64,000 bases of DNA from Squalus acanthias (lineage: Eukaryota), in assembly GCA_030390025.1 (NCBI GenBank), contig CM059432.1, positions 103,356,001 through 103,420,000 of the forward strand, read 5' to 3'. Below the pieces are notes generated by a model, which saw only the letters and a program-made list of their open reading frames with translations, did not search any database and had not been told where the DNA came from. How positions within the stretch are numbered: the stretch's first letter is position 1; every line of letters begins with the position of its first letter. Below, piece by piece: positions 49,631 through 62,122 of this stretch. Made by a program: the position numbers and the translations under genes.

Positions 49631-50240
49631 AGCGAAATCAAAACCTGAAATTAAATTGTAGCACCTACAATTGCATGTAACATTAATAATAATTTTTAAA
49701 CCTCAGAATGCCGGCAGCTCAAGCGAATTTTCAGCTTCCAACTTATTCATCATGGAACTAAAACATACACTTACAATACAGTAACAAAGCTACTCAAATG
49801 TCAGGAGCAGTTTTATTACTGTAATGTTAATATTAGAACACTTTAAAATAAAAATGCAAAGGTTTGCAACTGCTGTCCCCATTTTTCCTCTCTACCATAC
49901 TGTTCTATTTTTACTATTTTAACTTTCCTTTATGTTATTTCCAACATGCTCTTCTAATTTAAAAAACTTTTACTTACTGACTTTCCTTTGCCTCCAAGGT
50001 CTCGGCTTCCATTTTGGATATCCGTCATCCTTTGATTGGCTGAAAATGATCTCTAAAAGCTTTTTCTCAACCAATCAAGGCTCAGGTTATTAAAGATTGG
50101 CCTAGTCACATCAGCAAAGCTATCATGGAACCATCCTCAAGCATGAGTAGGAGATGGAGAAGAGCAACATGGGTGATTAAAAAGGTAACAGTACAATAAC
50201 TCCCTGTAGAGCCATATGAAAGGTTGCCAATGCTGCTTTT

Positions 50241-52772
50241 TATTTATTCGTTCCTGGGATGTGGGCATCGCTGGCAAGGCCAACATTGCATTTATTGCCC
50301 ATCCCTAATTGCTCTTGAGGAGGTGGTGGTGAGCCGCCTTCTTGAACCAATGCAGTCCTTGTGGTGAAGGTACTCCCATGGTGCTGTTAGGGAGGGTGTT
50401 CCAAGATTTTGACACAGTGACGATGAAGGAACAGCGATATAATTCCAAGTCAGGATGGTGTGCGACTTGGAGGGGAACTTGCAGGTGATGGTGTTCCCAT
50501 GTGCCTGCTGCCCTTGTCCTTCTAGGTGGTAGAGATCGCGGGGCTTTGGGAGGTACTGTCGAAGAAGCCTTGGCGAGTTGCTGCAGTGCCTCTTGTAGAT
50601 GGTACACACTGCAGCCACAGTACGCCGGTGGTGGAAGGAGTGAATATTTAAGGTGGTGGATGGGGTGCCGATCAAGCGGGCTTCTTTGTCCTGGATGGTG
50701 TCGACCTTCTTCAGTGTTGTTGGAGCTGCACTCATCCAGGCAAGTGGAGAGTATTCCATCATACTCCTGACTTGTGCCTTGTAGATGGTGGAAAGGCCTT
50801 GGGGAGTCAGGAGGTGAGACACTCGCCGCAGAATACCCAGCCTCTGACCTGCTCTTGTAGCCACAGTATTTATGTGGCTGGTCCAGTTAAGTTTCTGGTC
50901 AATGGTGACCCCAGGATGTTAATGGTGGGGGATTCAGAGATGGTAATGCCATTGAATGTCAAGGGGCTGTGGTTAGACTCTCTCTTGTTGGAGTTAGTCA
51001 GTGCCTGGCACTTGTGTGGCGGAAATATTACTTGCCACTTATCAGCCCAAGCTTGAATGTTGTCCAGGTCTTGTTGCATGCAGGCATGAACTGCTTCATT
51101 ATCTGGGATGTTGCAAATGGAACTGAACACTGTGCAATCATCAGCGAACATCCACACTTCTGACCTTATGATGGAGGGAAGGTCATTGATGAAGCAGCTG
51201 AAGATGGTTGGACCTCAGACATTGCCCTGAGGAACTCATGCAGCGATGTCCTGGGGTTGAGATGATTGACCTCCAACAACAACAACCATCTTCCTTTGTG
51301 CTAGGTAAGACTCCAGCCAGTGGAGAGTTTTCCCCCCCGATTCCCATTGACTTCAATTTTACTAGGGCTCCTTGATGCCACACTCGGTCAAATGTTGCCT
51401 TGATGTCAAGGGCAGTCACTCTCACCTCACCTCTGGAATTCAGCTCTTTTGTCGATGTTTGGACCAAGGCTGTAATGAGGTCTGGAGCTGAGTGGTCCTG
51501 GCGGAACCCAAACTGAGAATCGGTGAGCAGGTGCCATTTGATAACACTGTCGACAACACCTTCCATCACTTTGCTGATGATTGAGAGTAGACTGATGGGA
51601 CAGTAATTGGCTGGATTGGATTTGTCCTGCTTTTTGTGGACAGGACATACCTGGGCAGTTTTCCACATTGTTGGGTAAATGCCAGTGTTGTAGCTGTACT
51701 GGAACAGCTTGGCTAGAGGCGCGGCTAGTTCTGGAGCCCAATTCTTCAGCACGACAGCCGGGATGTTGTCAGGGCCCACAAGCCTTTGCTGTATCCAGTG
51801 CGCGCAGCTGTATCTTGATATCACGTGAAGTGAATCGAATTGACTGGCTTCTGCAATGGTGGGGACGTCAGGAGGAGGCCGCTATGGATCATCCACTCGG
51901 CACTTCTGACTGAAGTTGGTTGCAAACGCTTCAGCCTTGTCTTTTGCACTCACGTGCTGGGCTCCGCCATCATTGAGGATGGTGATATTCATGGAGCCTC
52001 CTCCTCCCGTTAGTTGTTCAATTGTCCACCACCATTCACGACTGGATGTGGCAGGACTGCAGAGCTTTGATCTGATCCATTAGCTCTGTCTATAGCATGC
52101 TGCTTAGCATGGATGTAGTCCTGTGTTGCAGTTTCTCCAGGTTGGCACCTCATTTTTAGGTACACCTGGTGCTGCTCCTGCACTGAACCAGGGTTGGTCC
52201 CCTGGCTTGATGGTAATGGTAGAGTGAGGGATATGCCGGGCCATGAGGTTGCAGATTACAATTCTGCTGCTGCCCCACAGCGCCTCATGGATGCCCAGTT
52301 TTAAGCTGCTAGATCTGTTCTGAATCTATACCATTTTGCACAGTGGTAGTGCCACACAACATGATGGAGGGTGTCCTCAGGGTGAAGACTGGTCTTCATT
52401 TCCACAAGGACTGTGCGGTGGTCACTGCTACCAACGCTGTCATGGACAGATGCATCTGTGACAGGTAGATTGGTGAGGATGAGGTCAAGTAGGTTTTTCC
52501 CTCGTGTTGGTTCTCTCTCCACCTGCCGCAGGCCCAGTCTGGCAGCTATGTCCTTCAGGACTCGGCCAGCTTGCTTGGTGCTACCGAGCCACTCTTGGTG
52601 ATGGACATTGAAGTTCCTCACCCAGAGTACATTCCATGCCCTTGCTACTCTCAGTGCTTTTTCCAAGCGGTGTGCAACATGGAGGAGTACTGATTCATCA
52701 GCTGAAGGAGGGCAGTAGGTGGTAATCAGCAGGAGGTTTCTTTGCCTATGCTTGACCTGAAGCCATGAGACT
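50241..52772 (-). mobile_element. CR1-group LINE (second lineage), 5'-truncated in the endonuclease, frameshifted
   Basis: TYCPPS, FNVHH, SDH, GPDNIP, ELAAPLAKLF, DIKATFDRVWHQG, MFADD. Confidence 0.9.
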
Positions 52773-54110
52773 TCCCACTGCCCTGGCTGCAGCCCACTCA
52801 TGTCAGATGACTCACCACATGCAGATCCCGCCTCCAAGCTACCCTATAAAGTACGCGCAGGGCCAATATCTGAGCTGGTGGCTGTGGATATCAGATCGCG
52901 TGATGGTGTTTCTTCATCATCACTCTCCTCCTCCTCTTGCACCACTGGCTGGGCAGGTTGGATTTCTTGGGTATCTGAATGGAGAAAGGCACAAGGGTAG
53001 GGTTGTGGTGAGGGGGAGGGGGGTAAGTCAAAAGAGATTGTGGGATGAGGGGGAAGTGCGATGTCAGAAGGAGGATTAGGTATGAGCATACCATCATCTT
53101 CAATGCTTTCAGCGCAGGTGCTGGCCACGGCCTCATTCACGGCCACTCCAAATATGGTGAGCACCATCTCCTCGAGCGGGGTCAGGTTATGGAGCATACT
53201 TGTCCCCCTCCAGTTAGCTGCAGCTGTCTGTGTGCCACCTTGTCCTGCAAGAGAGAGGGAAGTGTGTCAGTGAGTGTGGTGCAATCTGTTTGGGTGATGT
53301 GGCTGTCATGGTTGAATAACTGGCAGTGTGTGCAAGCTGTGAGATGTGGGTGTGAGGCTTGCAGCAGTGCTAAGTGTGTGAGGGTGAGATGGAGCATAAG
53401 AATGTGAGGTATGAGTTGTGATTGATAGAGATTGTTGGAAGGTGAGTGATGGGGGGTGAGTAATGGGGGTGTGGTGAATTGAGCAGTGTTTGAGGCCAGT
53501 GGTGCAATTTGTGGGATATGGCATTTGAAGATGAATTCACTGACCTTGACCACTCGTGTGAGGTCATTAAACTTCTTGCGGCACTGCATCCAGGTCCTCG
53601 GGGCTACACTGCTCGCATTGACCACAATGGCTATCTGGTCCCAATGCCAACTCATAGTTTGTCTACTGGGCCTCCTGGCCCCCTGTGGGTAGAGGACCTC
53701 TCTTCTGCTGTGCACCTCCCGCACCAAGGCCTCCAGTGCTACATCTGAAAATATGGGAGCTCTCTTTCTGCCATGTTGCACCATCACTCAGTTTTCTTGC
53801 TCCTCTGACTGTTTCCCAGCCAATTCCACCACCTGCTGAAGCCAGAATGCACCTCCCCTTTAAGAGGTGCAGGCTGCATTTAAGAAGTGTAGACTAGCTT
53901 TAATTCGTGCTAGCCTCGCATGAACTAGGGTCCCCTGCTGAGGCGCTAAGCCACTGAACAACATGTTTAGCATTCCTTACCGCTACAATCATTTTAATTA
54001 GCGGGCAGCACAAAGACTGGATGCTGTCTGCATTGGATGTAACAAGTGCGGGCTAATCGCGCATCACGATACCTGCACCCACTTTCGGGCCTTATCCAAT
54101 TTCTAAGTCA
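52773..54110 (-). mobile_element. Harbinger relic of another family: terminus plus Myb gene (exons 53545-53784, 53092-53244, 52974 downward), truncated at the LINE
   Basis: FSDVALEALV..RTWMQCRKKFNDLTRVVK. Same intron positions and phases as the 40866 gene. Confidence 0.8.
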
Positions 54111-54111
54111 A

Positions 54112-54950
54112 TGTCATTTATCTCAGAGTGCTTAGGGAAATGGGAGAGGTTGGAGGTGATTCACTGGCTTATATATTCAATAGCTCATTGATGTCTAGGT
54201 TGGTTTCTGAGGTAAAAACAGAAAATGCTGGAAATACTCAGCAGGTCAGTCAGCACCTGTGGAGAGAGAAACAGAGTTAACATTTCAGGTCAATGACATT
54301 TCATCAGAACTGGAAAACGTTAGAGATGTAGCAGGTTTCTGAGGATTGGAGGGTAGCTCATGTAGTCCCATTATTTAGGAAAGGAAAGAACTGACCCTGA
54401 AAAGTTATAGGCCTGTGAGCTCGACTTCAATAGAAGGGAAAGTGTTTTGCGCAATGTGATATATGATCACTTGGAGAGTACGGCAGTTATTAACATGGCT
54501 TTAGGAGGCAATGGGTCCTGCCTCACTAACATGATTGAGTTCTTTGAGAAAATGTCCAGAATATTGAATAAAGGTAATCTGGTGCAAGTTGTTTATCTTG
54601 ATTTCCAAAAATGTTTAATAAAGTTCCTCACAGACATCTATTAGAAAAAATAGATTTCATGGGATTACTGAACGGTTTGCATGATGGAGAGGCAGCAGGT
54701 TGAAATCACATAACTGAGGGTTGTTATTAATGGTATCAGGTTTGACTGCGGCATATTTATTAGCAGAGTACCTCAGAGCTCTGTATTCATTCCTGTTCAT
54801 CATTTTCATTAATAATTTAAATGAGTGCTTAAGCAGTACCATTCTCAAATTTACCGATTAACAAAATGTGTGCAGGGGTTTTGCAACAGAGAACAAATTG
54901 GTAGCTTGCAAGCTGATTATATTTAATTGGGTGAATGAGTGTATGTCATT
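54112..54950 (+). mobile_element. Old degenerate CR1 RT fragment
   Basis: SCLTNMIEFFE..VVYLDFQK (ORF 54447-54644). Confidence 0.7.
54212..54335 (-). mobile_element. Penelope-like terminal fragment with a degenerate minimal hammerhead motif
   Basis: Minus strand AGTT-CTGATGA-AATGTCATTGACCT-GAAAT-GTTA-ACT. Flanked by a GGTTTCTGAGG direct repeat (54202 and 54334). Confidence 0.6.
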
Positions 54951-55393
54951 TGATTTTCCAGATTTACCTTTTCCATACCACTTACTATCTTATGTATCTC
55001 TGTAAGGTCGCTTCTCGGGATGAAAAGCCCAAGGGGGAGAAATTCAGTATCGCCCCGTTTGGGGCGCAATTATCGGCCGGGCGCAAAGTTTATCGCCTGG
55101 TGCTAATTATCGCCTCCGACTGCAAACTTGGCTTTTATCGCCCCCGGAGGTGATTGGAGCGCTAAATCAGGCGCTACACACCTGTCTTAAGGCGCAAAGG
55201 CCGAGGAGCGAGGCGCTACCTCAGAGCGCGGGCACAGCGCAGGTGCTGTCAGTTAGCAATGGAACACAGACACACTAGCGCCGGCTAGTTCTTAAAGGGG
55301 AGGGTCGATCTTGTTCTCCAGCCACACCCTGCTCATTGAAGCCTTGACTCTCGGCCTGGACGGACAAGTGCCGAAATTTTCCAGCCAAGGACT

Positions 55394-57276
55394 ATGGAGA
55401 GGGTGAGAGAACGAGCTCAGCGCTTCAGCGACCGGGCCTTGGAGGCTCTGGTTGGTACGGTGGAGCGCAGAAGAGTTATACTCTACCCTGAGAGTGGCAG
55501 GAGGCCATTGCCACGCGACTACAGAAGAGTGTGGAGGGAGGTGGCTCAGCACGTCTCCTCCAAGAGCGTGGTGCCCAGGACCCATACTCAATGTCGCAAG
55601 AAGTTCAACGACCTCACTCGGGTCGTCAGGGTGAGTGGCTGTTTTTCAATACCTCTCCATCCCTCCATCTCAACCTCACTCTATGACCAGAGGGTCTTAA
55701 AACCCCAATGCCCAACACTCATCCAAGACCTATGGCCCTCTCATAAAGCACACACGCACATTCCACACCTTGCATACAGTAAGGGCTATTCAACTATGGG
55801 AGGCACATCAGGCAAGACCATGGCTGCATACAGTAAGGGCTATTCAACTATGGGAGGCACATCAGGCAAGACCATGGCTGTATATTTACTCAGATACCAT
55901 CCTTTTTCTTGCAGGCCAAGCTATCTCATAACAGGAGACAGCAGCAAAGGACAGGTGGAGGGCAGCCTCAGCTGCAACCCCTCAGCGATCTTGAGGCGCG
56001 CGTCCACAGGATTGTGGCAAGCCAGGTGATCGGTCCCGTCGCCCCTGGAGAGGCCGACCCAGTTCTGGACAGCAATGGTAAGGTCATCAGCTTTCTCTCC
56101 TCTCTCATTCCACTTGTCCCTCACAACACCAGCCGTTGAAACTTTCAATCCAACTTAATAAATCGCTGCACTCCTTCTCCTTACTGCCCCCCTGTCCTCA
56201 CGCTAAAGCCACTCTTGTACCTCCCTGCTTTCAGATGGTGATTCACCAGCTGAGGAGACGGGCCCTCAAGCTGCCAGTGGGAGCGAAGCCGCAGGCGAGG
56301 AGGAAGAGGAAGCCAGAGCCTCAGCGCCACCCTCTCCCGAGGAAGCCCATGCCCACACTGGGAACACGTCTTCCCTGGAGGGGAGCAGGGGGAAGGGTCT
56401 GATGAGGGTGAAGCTCCGGGACCCAGCGGGCTGCAGCAGCGCAATGTGGCTCGGGAAGCTCGGGGGCCTTCTCCCCAGAGGGAGAGTAGGCCAGCGAGTC
56501 CTGCTGCACTGGACGCAGAGGAGGAGCGGCTCATTGCTGAAATGAACACCCAGGCGGTGGACATGCACACTCAGCTCATGGGTGCAGTGGGAAGGGTGCT
56601 CGAAAGCATTGATGCACTGGCAAGGAGTGTGGAGCACTTCGCTGTAGCACAGGCGGATGCCACGCAAATGCTTAGTGCTGCAATTCAGTCACTGGCTGCC
56701 ATGATCCCATCTCTGACTGCTCTCATGCAGTCTCAGATTGAGGCCACGCAAGCACTGACTGCTGCCATTGTCGCTGGTTTGGCCACATTGCCCCAGGGCT
56801 CTCACGGCGCCGCAGCAGGCCAGCAATCTGTGCTCCAGCAGATTGCTCCGGATGCTGAGGTGCTGCCCCGTGGGAGTGCCAGTGTGTCAGTCGAGCAGGG
56901 ATGTGCTGTCCTCTCTCAAGATGACAGCATTCCTGCTGCCACCACTGTCACTTCCCCATTGCACTTGCCACCGCCTGTAGCCCAGACTGCTGTCGCCCAT
57001 GCAGAGTTGGTGCAGTCTGCAGCCAGGCTCTCCAAGCCCAGAGCTGGTCGAGGGCATCCTTCAAGGGCATCTGTAGTCTCAGGATCTGACATTCAGCAGC
57101 CTTTCACCAGCCTTGCTGCAGCCACTGGGGCCCATTATGGAGGAGCAGTAGGGTGGGAAGGAGGGAAGTGCGCAAGGGAAGGAGATCACCCTCGAAGGGC
57201 AAAAAGTAGGAGGTGTGACCAAATGTTGGGAATGTTTTTATTAAAGGCCGAGGTTCGTGTTCAAACTTTTGTTTAG
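55394..57276 (+). pseudogene. Harbinger Myb/SANT-like gene, copy 2, 3 exons (55394-55630, 55915-56077, 56235-57276)
   Basis: Same splice sites as copy 1 and the same frame break at 56380-56383. Additional 1-nt loss near 57130. Confidence 0.85.
55775..55882 (+). repeat. 54-bp tandem repeat x2 in Myb intron 1
   Basis: TACAGTAAGGGCTATTCAACTATGGGAGGCACATCAGGCAAGACCATGGCTG at 55775 and 55829. Confidence 0.92.
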
Positions 57277-57507
57277 TGTTTTGGCCATTATCTCCAGGTT
57301 GTGAGAACCAGTTATGTTAATTAATGATTTTTTGTGTTTGTTTCTATTAGTTTGTCATGAAGAAATGACACACACAGAGTTTGTAAAATAAAAAAGGTTT
57401 TGTATTTTGGCCTTTGGAATCTTTGCTGCCTTGGCCGGCTATAGGGGTTGCGGGTTGGTTTCCATCATGTTGTTCTCCATGCCAGAAGCCATTTCCTGAG
57501 TAGGGGC

Positions 57508-58642
57508 CTAGAAGCGGCTTATTATCAGTCTTTGACGGACGGCCCTTGCAGTTTCAACATTGTGGGCCTCCCTCCCGCCTTGCTGCTGCTGCTGATCTTC
57601 CTCCTCTTCTTCCTCCTCCTCCGGTGGTGCATCAAGGCCTGGTGGCATTGGCTGGGTCCTGAGGATTGCAAGGTTGTGAAGCATGCAGCACACAACTATG
57701 AAGAGGGAGACTCGCTCAGGCGAGTACTGCAGGGCTCCTCCTGAGTGGTCCAGACAGCGGAACCGTTGCTTGAGCACGCTGATCGTCTGCTCAATGATGT
57801 TCCTGGTGGCGAGATGGCTCTCATTGTACCGCAGGCACAACAGGGGTGTTGGGGTTATAGAGCGGTGTCATCAGCCAGGTGCAGAGTGGATAACCCTTGT
57901 CCCCGAGGAGCCAACCACTTGGCTGATGCGCTGCCTGGAAAGGCTCTGGCACACCAGTCTGGCACAGGATGAAAGCATCGTGGCTGCTGCCAGGATAGCG
58001 GGCATTGACAGCGAGTATCAGCTGTCTGTGGTCACAGACCAACTGGACATTTAAGGAGTGGAACCCCTTGCGGTTTCGGAAAACCTCTGCATTCTCATGC
58101 AGTGCACGCAATGCCACATGTGTGCAGTCAATGGCGCCCTGCACCATGGGGAAGCCCGCTATCCTCACAAAGCCCAATGCGCGTTCATGCTGTTTGGCCC
58201 AGGTCATCGGGAAAGAGATGTACTGGCGTCTCCTTTTATAGAGGGCATTTGTGACCTGACGGATGCAGCAATGGGAGATATTGGCGATGTCCCCAGTAGC
58301 TGCTTCAAAGGAGCCGGTGGCATAAAAGTTCAGAGCCACTGTGACCTTCACTGCATCCGACAGAGATGTCCTGGTCCTCAGTTGAGGCTGCAGATCTGGC
58401 TGCAGCAGGTGGCAGAGCTCAGTGACCACCTCCTTGCTGAAGCGCAGCCTGCGCAAACACTGCTCCTCAGACAAATGAATGTAGGAGAATTGCTCCCGGA
58501 ATACCCTGGGAGGGTAAGGTCTCCTGTGCAGAGGCCTGTTGGCCCTCCTCCGTCTGGCCATGATTGCCACTCTCTCTCTGCATCTCTGATGCCTCCGATT
58601 CTGCAGGCACAGGACGACGCCCCGAATCAGTGCAGCCCCCAC
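57508..58642 (-). pseudogene. Harbinger transposase, copy 2, disrupted
   Basis: Start codon is GTG where copy 1 has ATG, a 4-aa deletion (QFAV), and a frameshift near 57835 splitting ORFs 57821-58711 and 57508-57840. Confidence 0.9.
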
Positions 58643-59479
58643 AGTCTCTTGACAATCGAAGTAATAAAGGTCAAATCTAAAAGAACCTGCAAAGTGATGC
58701 TCAGTAGCCAAAACTACTTCACACAGCGTTAACTCTATGCAGAGGTCTCTCTCTCTTCTCTCAGAACCTCTCTCTCTGTCAGAATGCGTGGTGCAAAAAT
58801 GTCTCCCACTAAAAAAGGCAGGAAGAGGGCTGCCTTTAAATAGCGCCCCTCCAGCCCCTCACCAACTGGAAAATGTTCCAGTCTCCCTGTCGTTGCTTGC
58901 GGCAGGCAGAAAGGAGTGGGGCGCCACTCAATCTCCAGTCCGGGGCATTGCACGCTCGACTGACGTCACGATCTGCGGGCGCAGGAGATCGGGGCGGTAG
59001 AGTTTTGCGCTGCCGCAAAAACTCTGGTCAATTTCGCGAGCGGCGCAAACATCATCGCGCCCGGGCGCTAGTTGCTTTGTGCCCCATTAGCGCCCTCTTA
59101 GGGCGCTAACAGGAGACGCTAACCAACCAAATTTCCCCCCCAAGCCTTTCCTGTCTTTCTTCATCACTCAGACCACTAACACTACTGATCAATCTTGTTT
59201 ATACAGCCTCCAATGCCTGAATGTCTTTCTTCTATCTTAGTGACCCGAAATGAACAATGTTCTCAAGGTATGGTCTGACCAAAACACCGTAAGGTTTGAT
59301 CATAACTTCCTGTGATTTGTAGTCCACTGTTTTGGCAATGAAGGGATTGGATATGGATTGGTTAATGGAAATGGATAGGTCAGGCTTGTAAAAAACTGTA
59401 GACAAATAATAACGTTAAATGCCAGAAAGTATTTCTTTTTGCAGAGAATGAATCTCCTCTGGAACATTTTTCCTTGATA

Positions 59480-60640
59480 AGTGGTGCCCTTGACATCAAG
59501 GCAGCATTTGACCGAGTGTGGCATCAAGGAGCCCTCGTAAAACTGAAGTCAATGGGAATCAGGCGGGGGGGGGGGCAAACTCTCCACTGGCTGGAATCAT
59601 ACCTAGCACAAAGGAAGGTGGTTGTGGTGGTTGGAGGTCAATCATCACAGCCCAGGACATCGCTGCAGGAGTTCCTCAGGGCAGTGACCTAGGCCCAGCT
59701 GCTTCATCGATGACCTTCCCTCCATCATAAGGTCAGAAGTGGGGATCTTCGTTGATGACTGCACAATGTTCAGTGCCATTTGCAACTCCTCAGATAACGA
59801 AGCAGTCCATGCCTGCATGCAGCAAGACGTGGACGACATTCAGGCTTGGGCTGATAAATGGCAGGTAACATTCGCGCCACACAAGTGCCAGGCAATGACT
59901 ATCTCCAACAAGCGAGCATCTAACCACCGCCCCCTGACATTCAATGGCATTACCATTGCCGAATCCCCCACCATCAATATCCTGGGGGGTCACCATTGAC
60001 CAGAAACTTAACTGGACCAGCCACATAAATACTGTGGCAACAAAAGCAGGTCAGAGGCTAGGTATTCTGTGGCGAGTGTCTCACCTCCTGACTCCCCAAA
60101 GTCTTTCCACCATCTACAAGGCACAAGTCAGAAGTGTGATGGAATACTCTCCACTTACCTGGATAAGTGCAGCTCCAACAACACTCAAGAAGCTCGATAC
60201 CATCCAAGACAAAGCAGCCTGCTTGATTGGCACCCCATCCACCACCTTAAACATTCACTCTCTCCACCACTGGCGTACTGTGACTGCAGTGTGTACCATC
60301 TATAAGATGCACTGCAGCAACTCGCCAAGGCTTCTTCGGCAGCACCTCCCAAACCCCCGACCTCTACCACCTAGAAGGACAAGGGCAGCAGGCACATGGG
60401 AACACCACCACCTCCAAGTTCCCCTCCAAGTTACACACCATCCTGACTTGGAAGTATATCGCCATTCCTTCATCGTCGCTGGGTCAATATCCTGGAACTC
60501 CCTCCCTAACAGCACTGTGGGAGTACCTTCACCACACGGACTGAGGCGGTTCAAGAAGGCGGCTCACCACCACCTTCTCAATGGCAACTAGGGATGAGCA
60601 ATAAATGCTGGCCTTGCCAGCGATGCCCACATCCCAGGCA
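59480..60640 (+). mobile_element. CR1-group LINE (second lineage), 3' part
   Basis: ALDIKAAFDRVWHQG, IFVDD, MEYSPL; tail GCAATAAATGCTGGCCTTGCCAGCG. Confidence 0.9.
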
Positions 60641-60653
60641 AAGTGGTGACTAT

Positions 60654-61406
60654 GGCTTGGATTTTGCGATTAGCGACAAAGTGACGGCGCTCGCCGATGG
60701 CATTGAAGAATGCTGCCCACAAAAATCTAGCGATCTCTGTGGCATCAATTTCACCTTTCCCAACGTTAGTTTGATTCTGGCGCCAACTCAAGGGGCTCTC
60801 CAGTGTCCAGCAACAACAATGTCATCAAGCAGACTGAAGACATCTTAAAGACAGCAAACCAGGAAGTAAAATGCACTGGTTATCCTTCACTTTTTATAAA
60901 TTTTTACAGAGAGCAAAATAAAGATTAGGCTATACACATGAGATTAAGGTAAAAGCTGAAATATCATAAACAAACTTTTAAAAAATAATAATTTTTATTA
61001 AATTAAAAACCTATAGAATTTTTATCATAATGGAAATATTTGACATTCCACAAATATAAAATTAGTTAATTAGTTTTTCAGGTTGTTCAGCAGTAGTTAT
61101 GACTTAGTACACTGTTAAAAACCCAGTTACATCTCATTCAAAAGCCTTAACTTATTTGGGCATTTTTAACAGCAATCTTGCAGCGTAAAAGGGATAGTTA
61201 TTGTCAGTTCACTGATTTCTAAAGATTGCCGTCTACGGGGATTTCAACAGCGAGCCTTGTGGAGCAGCAGAGAATCACTGACAGCAACATCTGGATTTCT
61301 GCATTTAACTGCGCATGTGCAGACGCTAGAAGTTGCTGTCAGTTTCACAGAGTAATGACAGAAAACGCTGTTGTTTTGCCATCATTACAACCACAAAATC
61401 TGGGCC
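60654..61406. mobile_element. MITE with an AT-rich core
   Basis: GGCTTGGATTTTGCG / CACAAAATCTGGGCC; related to 36475-37140. Confidence 0.65.
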
Positions 61407-62122
61407 TCCAGGTTTGCTAGTCCTTTAACAGTGAACTTGACAAGAGAAGGGGACATTGCCTGTTATCGGGGGTCGATGCTTAGTTAATTAGATTGTGATG
61501 CACCATGAGCAATTCCAGTCTCCTGGAGCTGGCCTGACTGCATTTGGGGATCAGAGAGGAATCTCCCAGAGGTTTTTTTCGAATTGGTCACAAGCTTTTT
61601 TTTTCTGCTTTCCTTTTGCAGGAATCAGGATTATTAGTGGTGGGAGGATGGTGTACGTGACCACATTGTCTACTAGATAGGAAGAACTTGATGGGTCTGA
61701 TGGTTTTTTCTCACAGTTCCTGTGTATGTTGAGAATTAAAACCAAAATCATATGAGCTTTTGAAACATTTAATGGAAGGTCAATTGTTGATAGTGTCTTA
61801 GTTGCTCGAGTAGGTTTAGGAAATACATTATCACAATCACACTTAAAATCTGAAGCTCAACTTCCATCAACTGGTCACTTGTATCCAAATTCTTTGTCCA
61901 TATTTAAACAGATCAAAATGGTGAAAATTTGGAACAAGCAACTCTGCTTCAAATTTAACATTCAAGTTTATTTAGTTGCCAGTTGGTTCTTAACATTACC
62001 CGACTGATCAGGATTTGTATTTTAATGGATCTTGAGAGCTAGTCAGAATCACCACTTATTCTTTGATCTACTTGTCTTAATAGGTGAGAATGCAAGTATA
62101 AAGAAGTAGGGAATGTCACTGA

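Larger units (their letters stand above)
55033..59141. mobile_element. Full-length PIF/Harbinger transposon, copy 2
   Basis: TIRs GGGGGAGAAATTCAGT / ACCAAATTTCCCCCCC, flanked CAA|...|AAG. Colinear with copy 1. Confidence 0.95.

Noticed and set aside
52301..52837. Chimeric Myb-endonuclease ORF as a fusion gene
   Set aside because: Chance in-frame junction at a LINE 5' truncation; both partners carry stops or frameshifts.
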